From an uncultured Candidatus Saccharibacteria bacterium (lineage in GTDB: Bacteria > Patescibacteriota > Doudnabacteria > UBA920): a stretch of DNA of 41,863 nt. The position numbers and the translations under genes are program-made. Where the stretch lies: assembly GCA_964557735.1 (NCBI GenBank), contig CAZLAR010000001.1, positions 1-41,863 of the forward strand. Direction: 5' to 3'. The notes below the pieces were generated by a model. The model worked only from the letters and a program-made list of their open reading frames with translations. It searched no databases and was not told the DNA's origin. Positions 33,809 to 41,863 of this stretch are shown here, piece after piece. The number at the start of each line of letters is the position of its first letter. The stretch's first letter is position 1.

Positions 33809-34200
33809 TATTTACTCCCTTGCGGCGCACCGTCATTTTTTTTCGCTTCTTCTTCCTCTTCGCGAATTTTGTTTATAAGCTCATCAATGTGTTGTACGTA
33901 ACGAGGTGATGTATCTAAAAAGAATTGTAAACGCGGAGTCATCTTCATGCCCATTTGTCTGTTTAATTCACCTTGGATGTCGTAAATATTTTTTTGAATA
34001 GCCGCGAGGATTTTATCGTCATCACCTCCAACAATTGAAACCCAAACTTTCGCCCAGCGCGAGTCGCCACTAGTTTCCACACGAGAAACAGTAACTAAAC
34101 CATTTTGGCCATCCAAAAATTCCGGTAGACTTGTGCCGACCAGGCGTTGAATTAAGGAATTCAGTTTTTCTATTCGATTAGGGTTTTTAGGTTGTGCCAT
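33808..34200 (-). CDS. rbfA: Ribosome-binding factor A
   Basis: 130 aa, KH-like RbfA core, conserved position after infB. Acidic C-terminal tail. Confidence 0.88.
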   Translation of the reverse strand: MAQPKNPNRIEKLNSLIQRLVGTSLPEFLDGQNGLVTVSRVETSGDSRWAKVWVSIVGGDDDKILAAIQKNIYDIQGELNRQMGMKMTPRLQFFLDTSPRYVQHIDELINKIREEEEEAKKNDGAPQGSK

Positions 34201-34246
34201 AGCTGTCTACTATATCAAAATATTTATATTATGGCAACTGTAGCCC

Positions 34247-36277
34247 TTAAAGTGTCTTTTGTTTCAAGGTTTCTTCAAAGCTTTCGATCATATCACCTTC
34301 TTGGAGCTTCACGCTTGTCTTGAGCTTCATGCCAAACTCGTTCCCCTTTGCAACTTCTTTAGTATCGATTTTGCTTTGTTGTAAGTCAACAATTTCACCA
34401 CGACCAACTTCGTGCCAGCCTGGGTTTTCTTCCGTCGGTTCTTCGACTGCGTCAGTAGGTGCATCGGGCGCTGCGCTTCTCACGTCAGTCGCATCTTCGT
34501 CTTCAGTATTCTTGCGCCAAATCGCAACAGGTTTGTTCTTGCGAAGCTCGCCGGAATCAACTTTTCCACCAATAATCATTTGAGATTTTTCAGTACGGAA
34601 AATCGCAAGCACAGTTCCTTTACCAAAAGTTGCTTTTTCCATTTCTGGAGTGAACATGGCAATCACTGCGCTAGTGATATTTTCTAACAGTTCGTAAATA
34701 ACATCATAGCTTTCAATCGCTACACTCTTTTGCTTCGCTAAGTTAATTGCTTTTGGATTAGTCTTGGTGTGGAAAGCAATTACAGTACCTTTGCTGCTGT
34801 CAGCAAGTAACACATCGTTGTCATTTACTTCTCCAATACCTTCGCTAAGAATATTAATCTGTACTTCATCATTCTTAAGTTTCGCTAAAGATTGTTTAAT
34901 AGCTTCTAAAGAACCAGCAACGTCTGCTTTTAAAATTAAGTTTAAAGTTTTACTATCGCTGTCGCCTTGTAGTTTGCTACGGGTAGTGAGTTTACGGCTA
35001 TGCTTCATCTTTTGTGCATTAGTAGCAATAGTACGAGCCTCGTCTAAAGAGTCATTCGTTTGTAAAATGTCACCAGCTTCTGGTAGGTCAGAAAAACCGG
35101 AAATTAGCGCTGGGCGACTAGGCGCTACGAACTTTAATTTTTTACCGTGCTCATCTTCCAAAGTTTTTACACGGCCATAACCAGTACCAGCAACAATAAT
35201 GTCGCCGACTTTTAAAGTTCCGTTCTGGATAATTACTGTGGCAACAGCACCTTTCCCCTGGGCAACGTGTGATTCAATAACAGTTCCTAAAGTTTTTCCG
35301 TTCGGATTAGCTTTGTAATCTTCCACTTCGGCTTGTAGCAAAACCATTTCCAATAATTTGTCGATGCCGATATTTTGTTTTGCAGAAATTTCAACAGCAA
35401 TAACCTTACCACCCCAATCTTCTAAGAGTACGCCGTGTTCAGCCAACTCTTGCTTGGTTTTCATTACGTTGGCATTTTCTTTATCTACTTTGTTAATGGC
35501 CACAATAATTGGAGTGTTAGTAAACTTGGCACGGTTAATAACTTCAATGGTTTGTGGGCGCACGCTGTCGTCTGCAGCAACTACTAAAATAATCATGTCT
35601 GTAACATTTGCACCACGCGCACGCATTTCTACGAAAGCTTCGTGTCCTGGCGTGTCTAGGAAAGTGATAACTTTCCCATCGTGTTTAACTTGATACGCAC
35701 CAATATGCTGAGTAATCCCACCACTTTCGCTATCGACTACGCTAGCTTTCCGAATTGCGTCTAGCAAAGTAGTTTTACCATGGTCAACATGACCCATGAC
35801 CGCCACGATTGGTGGACGTGTTTCTTGCTCCGCTGCGTTATCTGTTGCTTCGCCTTGTAAACTTTCGTGTAAAAAGCCGATACCGAATTCTTTGGCTTCG
35901 CCAGTTTGTTCGGTAGCAACTTCAAATCCTAAATCTTGGGCAATAATTGTCGCAGTTTCAAAATCTACTTCTTCGTTAATCGTGGCCATAACTCCATTGG
36001 TAATTAACGCCTTAATTACAGTTGTCACCGGTAACTCCAGTAAGTCAGCGAAGTCGCGCACTTTAATAAACGCAGGCAAAGACACTTTCTTAGCTTCTGG
36101 TTTTGGTGCGTTAGGATCTACTTTAGGTTTTGGCTTCAAAGCTTCAACAATTTGCTTAGCGAGGTAGTTATCAATTTTATTGGCACGAGGAGAAATACGA
36201 AAACCAGCTGCGTTCGCTTTAGTGCGCAGGTCGTTAATCGAGATATTTAGTTCATGTGATAAAGATGATAAATTCAT
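34247..36277 (-). CDS. infB: Translation initiation factor IF-2
   Basis: 676 aa. GTPase motifs GHVDHGKTTLLD, DTPGH and NKVD. IF-2 N- and C-terminal domains. Confidence 0.96.
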   Translation of the reverse strand: MNLSSLSHELNISINDLRTKANAAGFRISPRANKIDNYLAKQIVEALKPKPKVDPNAPKPEAKKVSLPAFIKVRDFADLLELPVTTVIKALITNGVMATINEEVDFETATIIAQDLGFEVATEQTGEAKEFGIGFLHESLQGEATDNAAEQETRPPIVAVMGHVDHGKTTLLDAIRKASVVDSESGGITQHIGAYQVKHDGKVITFLDTPGHEAFVEMRARGANVTDMIILVVAADDSVRPQTIEVINRAKFTNTPIIVAINKVDKENANVMKTKQELAEHGVLLEDWGGKVIAVEISAKQNIGIDKLLEMVLLQAEVEDYKANPNGKTLGTVIESHVAQGKGAVATVIIQNGTLKVGDIIVAGTGYGRVKTLEDEHGKKLKFVAPSRPALISGFSDLPEAGDILQTNDSLDEARTIATNAQKMKHSRKLTTRSKLQGDSDSKTLNLILKADVAGSLEAIKQSLAKLKNDEVQINILSEGIGEVNDNDVLLADSSKGTVIAFHTKTNPKAINLAKQKSVAIESYDVIYELLENITSAVIAMFTPEMEKATFGKGTVLAIFRTEKSQMIIGGKVDSGELRKNKPVAIWRKNTEDEDATDVRSAAPDAPTDAVEEPTEENPGWHEVGRGEIVDLQQSKIDTKEVAKGNEFGMKLKTSVKLQEGDMIESFEETLKQKTL

Positions 36278-36412
36278 TGCGTTTTCTTCTAGCTTTTTAA
36301 GCTTAACTGGTTAACTATACTGTAAAAACGTTATAAATGCAAGTGCTTTTGATTATCCAGTGTTAGGGAGTATACTATAGATAAGTGGGACTCCCGATAT
36401 TAAGAAATCAAA

Positions 36413-37258
36413 ATGAAAAAACATTTTACCTTCTCATCTTCAACGAAAAAGTATTTATTACTTGGGCTTTTAGTTGTTGTCTTGGCCGGTAGCGCAATTT
36501 GGCTGAAATACTTTAGTCCTTACGCACCGGAACCACTTTTCTCTAGCGCAAATGAGGAGCCGCCACATTGGGCACATTCTGTAATTCCTTTTGAGATGAC
36601 ATTAAAAAATTATGCGGGCGCAAGTTGGGAGAGGTCACTTGTCACTGCAGAATCTAAGTGGGAAATAGCTGGAGCTTACAACTATAAGCACAGTAAGGAA
36701 CTAGATCCAAGCTTCCGATGCTATCCTGTTGTTCTTCCGGTACAGGTAGGGATGAATGTTTGTGCTATCAATGCAGACAATGATTGGGTGGCCATAGGTG
36801 GATACGGAACTGGGTCGGAAGATCCAACACATATCAACGGCGGGATAATCATTTTGAATGATTTTTACTTAAACACACTTGGCTCAATGTATAATACTGA
36901 TATTTGGCGAAATCATATTACATGTCGGTTTTTAGGATGGACTATGGGTGCACCCTATCGTGCTGATCCTCCAGAGCTAACTCAAAGCTGTATGAATATT
37001 TTGCCGGAAGATATGCTGACACCTAAAACTATGCAGAATCCTGATGCTGTTGACCTTGCTAATATCTATGAGTTATATAACCACGTTGATTCTGAGTCTA
37101 AGGCTATGAATTCCTCAGTTCAAGAAACTCTTGCTAGATCTCTAAAGTCTGGTGATCTTGGGCCAATCACCCAAAGTTTGAATGGCGGTAAAATTGAATT
37201 GCATGAGTTGGACTTAGGTGATGGGTATGTGTTTCACTCCATGATCCAGAAGAAATAA
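36413..37258 (+). CDS. Membrane-anchored/secreted hypothetical protein
   Basis: 281 aa with an N-terminal signal-anchor (YLLLGLLVVVLAGSAIW). No confident family assignment. Confidence 0.55.
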   Translation: MKKHFTFSSSTKKYLLLGLLVVVLAGSAIWLKYFSPYAPEPLFSSANEEPPHWAHSVIPFEMTLKNYAGASWERSLVTAESKWEIAGAYNYKHSKELDPSFRCYPVVLPVQVGMNVCAINADNDWVAIGGYGTGSEDPTHINGGIIILNDFYLNTLGSMYNTDIWRNHITCRFLGWTMGAPYRADPPELTQSCMNILPEDMLTPKTMQNPDAVDLANIYELYNHVDSESKAMNSSVQETLARSLKSGDLGPITQSLNGGKIELHELDLGDGYVFHSMIQKK

Positions 37259-37269
37259 ATTTAAATATA

Positions 37270-37300
37270 AAAAACCGCTCTTCACAGAACGGTTTTTTAT
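37270..37300. terminator. Bidirectional intrinsic terminator
   Basis: AAAAAA-CCGCTCT-TCAC-AGAACGG-TTTTTT (6 of 7 stem pairs), between the 281-aa gene and the convergent tRNA-like gene. Confidence 0.65.
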
Positions 37301-37388
37301 TTGAGCTTCGCTATCTCAGGTTGCGAGTCTCACTTCGAGTTGTCATCTACTTATAATTTAACATTACTATATTTTGTAGTCAAGTAGG

Positions 37389-37460
37389 TGGTGGACCCAA
37401 CGGGGATCGAACCCGTAAAGCCCGAGCGACAACCTTGGACTCGATACCATAGCTGGGTCC
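37389..37460 (-). tRNA. Aberrant tRNA-like gene (isotype undetermined; possible pseudo-tRNA)
   Basis: Perfect acceptor (GGACCCA/TGGGTCC), perfect T-arm (ACGGG-TTCGATC-CCCGT), A73 and encoded CCA. The 37 nt between acceptor and T-arm give no canonical D-arm and only imperfect anticodon arms: CCAAG-GTTGTCG-CTCGG, or the loop TTGTCGC with a poor stem. Confidence 0.45.
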
Positions 37461-37584
37461 ACTAATTTAAGCCTGGCAAGGTAGTGATAAAGTCTATATA
37501 AAGTTAAAATAAAGTTTCGATCAAGATTTAGTAAAGTTTTGCTAAAAACAGAAGAAGTAAAAAAACAGCAGACAAGATTGATTT

Positions 37585-38190
37585 TCAATCTTTGCCTGCT
37601 TTAAAGATAACGTATTCGTTGTCGTCTACCGCGTTCCACTTTTCCCAAACGAAATTAGTAGTAATCCCATCTTGTGTTTCTGTGTAGCCATCATGGTTGA
37701 ATTGTTCATCACTGAGCAAAACCGCACACGGATACAGCGTACTAATAGTCGCTATCCCTCGGTAGCTCGTTGACTTAGTGAGAGTAAGGTAAGGGTCTTG
37801 CTTTTCAATGTAGTAGCCATCCCAATCGATTCCTAACTCTTCATGCAAAGCTCGGATAACTGCTTTTTTGTCGGGATACTCTCCGAGCTTAAGTTTTTCT
37901 GATACAGAAGAACCATAAATTCGCTCGGTTTTTCCTCTTGATGCAACCTGCTCTTTTTGGATTAAACGAAACTTTTCTCCGGTAATTCTGTTGTGGTAAA
38001 TGATATCAAGCAACATCACTCGAATATATCGGTACATTTTACCATGTCGATATTCAAGAGTGCATTCTCCAGCATCCAGTTCTTTTGCCAGATTAGGCAT
38101 AGTTTTGCAACCGTTCATGCCCCACTCGCAAAGAGGGACATTGGCGTGCATCAACTGAAGTTTCAGATTGATCAGTTGTTGATCAGTCAT
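37585..38190 (-). CDS. Divergent NUDIX-like domain protein
   Basis: I take the start at ATG 38190 (MTDQQL), preceded by AAGGGGGA. SEKLKLGEYPDKKAVIRALHEELGI aligns with the Nudix box, but the leading Gly is replaced, there is one extra residue, and RE is replaced by RA. Confidence 0.5.
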   Translation of the reverse strand: MTDQQLINLKLQLMHANVPLCEWGMNGCKTMPNLAKELDAGECTLEYRHGKMYRYIRVMLLDIIYHNRITGEKFRLIQKEQVASRGKTERIYGSSVSEKLKLGEYPDKKAVIRALHEELGIDWDGYYIEKQDPYLTLTKSTSYRGIATISTLYPCAVLLSDEQFNHDGYTETQDGITTNFVWEKWNAVDDNEYVIFKAGKD

Positions 38191-38292
38191 TTTAGTATCC
38201 CCCTTTTGATAGTATTGGACTTCGTACTTTACGGCTAAGATTAACAAAATAAAAACTGCCTGTCAAAGGCAGCTTCAGGCAATAGTCGGCAT

Positions 38293-39135
38293 TTAAAACG
38301 TCCGATTCTTCCCTACTATCATTCTTAGCTGTCGTGGAAAAATTTGTACTACTGTAGGAACTTTTGCAAAAGTGCGACCGGCTATGGTGATTGGGAAACC
38401 ACGTGGTTCCAAGAATTCAACTTGCTTGCACTTAATTACCGATGTGCCAGGAATATTTTCCAAACTCCCTGCGGCAATATCTGGTTTGTATTTTAAAACA
38501 TCAACTTTACCCATGCGTTCGAGAATCATTAGGTCGAGTAAGCCATCGGTCGGGTTGGCAATGGTGCTGTTACTACTTGATGTAGCGCGTGAGTTAGTGA
38601 CGGTACCGCCCAAGCAAGTAATATCCATGGTGTAAGAACCGTCCACACGAATTTTTAAATTATATTCTGTCGCTGCCATACTGCGCAAACTACTAAACAT
38701 CCCAGTCGTCTTCGCTTTATTAGAAGCCATACCAAACTCTGCTTGACTGATGAAATAGTTGTCACCTAAAGTAGCTAGATCAATTTTTTCAATGCGCCTC
38801 GCTGCTACCGTTTTTACCGCAGTGAGTAAACTGTCTATCCCAAGGATCTGACTTAGGTTTGAATCTTCAGTCATGGGAATAAAACCTAATGCAAAGTCCC
38901 GCCCTTTTAAGTATGCGAGCATAAAATTGAATGTGTCGTCAGTTCCACACGCAATTAAAGTTTTTACTCCGCGCTCGCTCGCCGTTTCTACTAACTCTGC
39001 AATCCCGCGAATAGAAGTAACGCGCGCCATCTCACCAGACACCTTAAACTCAGCCAGCAATCCTTGCAGGGTAACTTGCGCTCGCTCGAACTGCGCATCC
39101 GGAATATTTTTGCCGTCTAATATGTAGAAATACAT
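38293..39135 (-). CDS. Diacylglycerol-kinase-family lipid kinase (YegS/BmrU-like)
   Basis: 280 aa. DAGK catalytic-domain layout. The GGDGT motif position reads ACGTDDT. Own terminator at 38256-38272. Confidence 0.65.
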   Translation of the reverse strand: MYFYILDGKNIPDAQFERAQVTLQGLLAEFKVSGEMARVTSIRGIAELVETASERGVKTLIACGTDDTFNFMLAYLKGRDFALGFIPMTEDSNLSQILGIDSLLTAVKTVAARRIEKIDLATLGDNYFISQAEFGMASNKAKTTGMFSSLRSMAATEYNLKIRVDGSYTMDITCLGGTVTNSRATSSSNSTIANPTDGLLDLMILERMGKVDVLKYKPDIAAGSLENIPGTSVIKCKQVEFLEPRGFPITIAGRTFAKVPTVVQIFPRQLRMIVGKNRTF

Positions 39136-39238
39136 AAGTATTAACAGCAGGTGACGGCAGTGTAACTTTTTCTTGAGACAGCTGTGCTGCGAAAGAAAAA
39201 GATACCAGCCGGCATGACCCGCTTATGGTTATATATTT

Positions 39239-39661
39239 CTATTCCTCGTCTTCTGGTTCGGGAGCAGATTTGCTGTTACCATTGCCGTTGACAGGCTTAA
39301 GCGCGCCTGTCTGCTTGTCTATTACAGCACCTTTCATGCTGCACTTACCGGTAAATTGCGCACCTTCTTCTACACGTAAAATACCACATGAAATATCACC
39401 AACAATACGAGCAGATGGTTGTAAGATAAGGCTTTCCACAACTTTAACATTGCCGTGAATTTCTCCAGCAATGATCGCATTGCCAGCTACTACGTCTGCA
39501 GCAATTTTAGCGTGTTCACCAACGTGAACGCTTTGAGTGGTTTGAACTTTACCGGCTACTGCACCTTCAATGCGAATATTTCCTTCGGAATTTAAATCTC
39601 CTTGAATTTTTACGGATGGGCCAACAACGGTTTCAGCTGCAGCCATGTCATTTTGTGCCAT
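39239..39661 (-). CDS. Bactofilin (polymer-forming cytoskeletal protein)
   Basis: 140 aa. Repetitive beta-helix pattern (IEGAVAGKV..VGEHAKIAADVVAGNAIIAGEIHGNV..ARIVGDI..VEEGAQFTGK), typical of the DUF583/bactofilin family. Confidence 0.88.
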   Translation of the reverse strand: MAQNDMAAAETVVGPSVKIQGDLNSEGNIRIEGAVAGKVQTTQSVHVGEHAKIAADVVAGNAIIAGEIHGNVKVVESLILQPSARIVGDISCGILRVEEGAQFTGKCSMKGAVIDKQTGALKPVNGNGNSKSAPEPEDEE

Positions 39662-39705
39662 ATGTTTTTAAAAATTAATTATTTAGTTAACGTTGTTACT
39701 AATTA

Positions 39706-40194
39706 TTACTGATGCGTCAGCGCCTGGATGAGTGCTTCGCGTTCTTCTTCGCTTAACGTTTGCTCACTCGCGCCATTCGCAATTAGTTTTGCATAGATGC
39801 GACTGTTAGACCTTCCGTGCAAACTGGTAATAACAACACCAGACTGATGCGCGTCTAACAGCGCAACAGAAAAACTTAAGTTGCCACCATCATCACCGTT
39901 ACCATTGTAGCGAATTAAGCCAACATGCTGAGTAGCTGTGGCCAATTGTGCGGTGATTGCTTCGATGGAAGCGGCAGTTTGCAAACTGGCTTCATCAAGT
40001 TGTTCCAAACGTTTTGCAACTTGAGTCATCACTTCTTCTAGATTCTCCGGAAGCGTTTCTGCTTTACTTGCATTTCCAGAAAAAATCTTTCGCCATTTGC
40101 GCACTTGGCCAACAGCAAAAATCGTGTAAATACCTAGAATCAAAGCGATTCCAGCTATTCCCAGGCTGATATATGATAAAAGTGTTGCACTCAT
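39706..40194 (-). CDS. DUF4446-family membrane protein
   Basis: 162 aa. N-terminal TM helix, coiled region, then GLIRYNGNGDDGGNLSFSVALLDAHQSGVVITSLHGR..RIYAK, characteristic of DUF4446. Confidence 0.75.
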   Translation of the reverse strand: MSATLLSYISLGIAGIALILGIYTIFAVGQVRKWRKIFSGNASKAETLPENLEEVMTQVAKRLEQLDEASLQTAASIEAITAQLATATQHVGLIRYNGNGDDGGNLSFSVALLDAHQSGVVITSLHGRSNSRIYAKLIANGASEQTLSEEEREALIQALTHQ

Positions 40195-40297
40195 AGTAGA
40201 GCTATTGTAGCACTGGTTTGCCCTTGTTTACAAACTTGGCTCTTGGTATACTTTTGAGGTCAAATATTTCGTAAATTTTCCCATTAATTTCTAATTT

Positions 40298-40570
40298 ATG
40301 TCTAAAAAGAATCGATACAAATTCCGTGATCGTCCTGCTTCAACTGAACATTCTAGCTCGGCGGTAGAGACAAATGCCTCCCCTGTCTCTCGAAATGTTG
40401 CTGGAAGCGCTGGTGCAATGGCTGCGCATGTGGCTGAATACCAAATTATTAGCAAAGACTTAATTCGTTTAATTGTATTGAACGGAATTATGTTGGCTGC
40501 TGTACTTGTGGTTTACTTCACAAACCGCACTTCTGGCTACTTAGAACGCATGTTCCAAAGTTTGTTCTAG
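40298..40570 (+). CDS. Hypothetical membrane protein
   Basis: 90-aa ORF with one C-terminal TM helix, followed by the hairpin CCGC-TTAAT-GCGG and a T-run. Confidence 0.45.
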   Translation: MSKKNRYKFRDRPASTEHSSSAVETNASPVSRNVAGSAGAMAAHVAEYQIISKDLIRLIVLNGIMLAAVLVVYFTNRTSGYLERMFQSLF

Positions 40571-40627
40571 TTAACTTTATAAGAGCCGCTTAATGCGGTT
40601 TTTATTTTTGTCTGCCATAATATAGTT

Positions 40628-41098
40628 ATGCTAAAGATTAAAATAATCTGTTTAGGAAAATTGAAGGAAAAGGCTTATGTTGAGCTGGAAAAGGAGTATT
40701 TGAAGAGACTCTCCCCTTTTGCGAAGGTAAAAGTGGTCGAATTGGCTGAAGTTTCATATCGCTCAGATGATGCAGCTCAGAAAGCCAAACAAAAAGAAGC
40801 TGATCTTATTGTGAAACAGCTTCCTAGTGATGGAATTGTTGTTTTGCTTGAGGAAAAGGGTCAAGAACGGGATTCGGTTGCTTTTGCTGAGTTTTTAGAA
40901 CGGATTGGCGGTTTAGGACAAGAAATTGTCTTTGTCTTGGGTAGTGGTATTGGGCTTCACGAGTCTTTGAAGGCCTATTCAAACCACGTGGTATCGCTCA
41001 GTAAGCTAACTTTTCCGCATAACTTTGCGAGAATTTTGCTTGAGGAGCAGATCTACAGGGCTTGTACAATTATGAATGGCAAGGAGTATCATAAATAA
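40628..41098 (+). CDS. rlmH: 23S rRNA (pseudouridine1915-N3)-methyltransferase RlmH
   Basis: 156 aa. SPOUT-fold RlmH pattern (MLKIKIICLGKLKEK...FVLGSGIGL...LSLSKLTFPH). Confidence 0.88.
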   Translation: MLKIKIICLGKLKEKAYVELEKEYLKRLSPFAKVKVVELAEVSYRSDDAAQKAKQKEADLIVKQLPSDGIVVLLEEKGQERDSVAFAEFLERIGGLGQEIVFVLGSGIGLHESLKAYSNHVVSLSKLTFPHNFARILLEEQIYRACTIMNGKEYHK

Positions 41099-41107
41099 CC
41101 ATATAAA

Positions 41108-41863
41108 CTATTGCTGGGAATTGGGCTGAGCTTGTTTCATGTGAAACAGGCTTTTTAGTTGCAGGCCTAAAATAAGCCAAAGTAGCAGCTGGGTTGGCCA
41201 AATTGTGTAGAAATAATGATCAAAAAGGAACAAAACAAGGAAGCATATACTAATTGCCAGTAAAACCATGTTCCACGCGCTAATATTCCGCTTAAATAAG
41301 GCAATTATAGGGTAAAGAATTAATGCAAGGAACAAAATAGCGCCAATTCCCCACTCTGCCCAAGAAATTAGGTAGAAATTATGGATTGGTTGAACTTCCC
41401 AGGGTTCTAGCTCGGTGCCGGAGTATTGCTTCATGTGCAACACACTAGTTCCTGGTCTAACTCCTAGCCAGGGCTGGTCTTCAACGATCCTCTCTCCTAT
41501 TTCGTTGTAGAATAAGCGCTCTTTTACCGCATTGTCAGAAACTGTTGTTCTGGTGGATAAATACGGTGCCAAAATGGCAATTGACAGCCCGACAGATAGT
41601 AAAATTGGAATTACTACGTGAAAAATCTTAAATTTAGCCTTATTTAAGAGCAAATACCCTAATAATAAGGCTATTCCAACCCCAAGAGCCAAAATTCCAC
41701 CACGTGAAAAGCTGATGAACATTCCTAACGTGTTAACCATTAGTAAAACCCATAGAACTAGTACTTTCCACGTAAATGTTTCACGTGGAATATTATCACC
41801 ACGTGATATTTGGTAAGTCTTGATAAGTAAATATATGTTGAGAAGAGTTGTAGTCACCAAAAA
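41108..41863 (-). CDS. O-antigen ligase / Wzy-like polytopic membrane protein (partial; N-terminus beyond window end)
   Basis: The ORF is open to the window edge. Multiple TM helices and the FSRGGILALGVG motif of the O-antigen ligase (Wzy_C) family. Confidence 0.65.
   Translation of the reverse strand, partial: FLVTTTLLNIYLLIKTYQISRGDNIPRETFTWKVLVLWVLLMVNTLGMFISFSRGGILALGVGIALLLGYLLLNKAKFKIFHVVIPILLSVGLSIAILAPYLSTRTTVSDNAVKERLFYNEIGERIVEDQPWLGVRPGTSVLHMKQYSGTELEPWEVQPIHNFYLISWAEWGIGAILFLALILYPIIALFKRNISAWNMVLLAISICFLVLFLFDHYFYTIWPTQLLLWLILGLQLKSLFHMKQAQPNSQQ

Noticed and set aside
36413-37258. The segment NHITCRFLGWTMG in the 281-aa secreted protein looked superficially like a degenerate metzincin/snapalysin HExxHxxG site.
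   Set aside because: There is no Glu and no second or third His, so the similarity cannot be supported by eye. I left the protein as hypothetical.
1-41863. Alternative genetic code (UGA recoding, as in some CPR lineages).
   Set aside because: GyrA, InfB, DnaA and the PBP are uninterrupted under the standard code. TGA also functions as a stop, for example in yebC at 19485-19487 within the ATGA overlap with ruvC, and in the HNH ORF.
1-41863. CRISPR arrays, transposases, integrases and prophage structural genes.
   Set aside because: I saw no regularly spaced direct repeats and no ORF with recombinase or transposase motifs. The only mobile-type genes are the two homing endonucleases.

Overview
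This window is the chromosomal replication-origin neighbourhood of a small-genome, AT-leaning bacterium. Gene content and style (PilB, VanW, DUF4383, shortened YebC and RsmI, very tight spacers, many apparently leaderless genes) look Patescibacteria/CPR-like, possibly Saccharibacteria-like; that lineage call is inference only. The standard genetic code applies: TGA is used as a stop, and large conserved proteins are uninterrupted.

Core content:
- Minus strand: dnaA-dnaN-recF.
- Diverging on the plus strand: rpmH-rnpA-yidD-yidC-jag.
- DnaA-box clusters lie in both spacers flanking dnaA.
- Other housekeeping genes: pilB, tsaE, ruvB, a class A PBP, tyrS, ruvC-yebC-rsmI, gyrA, rpsA, nrnA-rbfA-infB, rlmH, bactofilin and DUF4446.

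I read eight tRNA or tRNA-like genes by hand, all on the minus strand: Ile-UAU, Leu-UAA, Cys-GCA, Gly-GCC, Phe-GAA, Val-UAC, Leu-GAG, and one aberrant tRNA-like gene.

The unusual material is concentrated in three places.
1. 28.5-32.8 kb: a tRNA array invaded by two unrelated free-standing homing-endonuclease ORFs (HNH and LAGLIDADG).
   - Each ORF's stop codon lies inside the next tRNA.
   - Both ORFs are preceded by the same 47-nt block.
   - The array also holds a methyltransferase gene bracketed by 46-bp direct repeats that mimic the tRNA-Gly 3' end, and a truncated kinase remnant.
2. 21.6-23.0 kb: a two-gene islet beside tRNA-Ile(UAU).
   - It contains a DUF3800 protein and an unknown 158-aa protein.
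   - A consensus promoter plus intrinsic terminator define an approximately 80-nt non-coding transcript between them.
   - The 19-nt core of the homing-endonuclease upstream block is also present upstream of the DUF3800 gene.
3. 26.9-27.1 kb: a promoter-to-terminator unit of about 150 nt upstream of rpsA.

No CRISPR array, transposase or integrase is visible. All RNA and promoter calls are manual readings and need tool confirmation.
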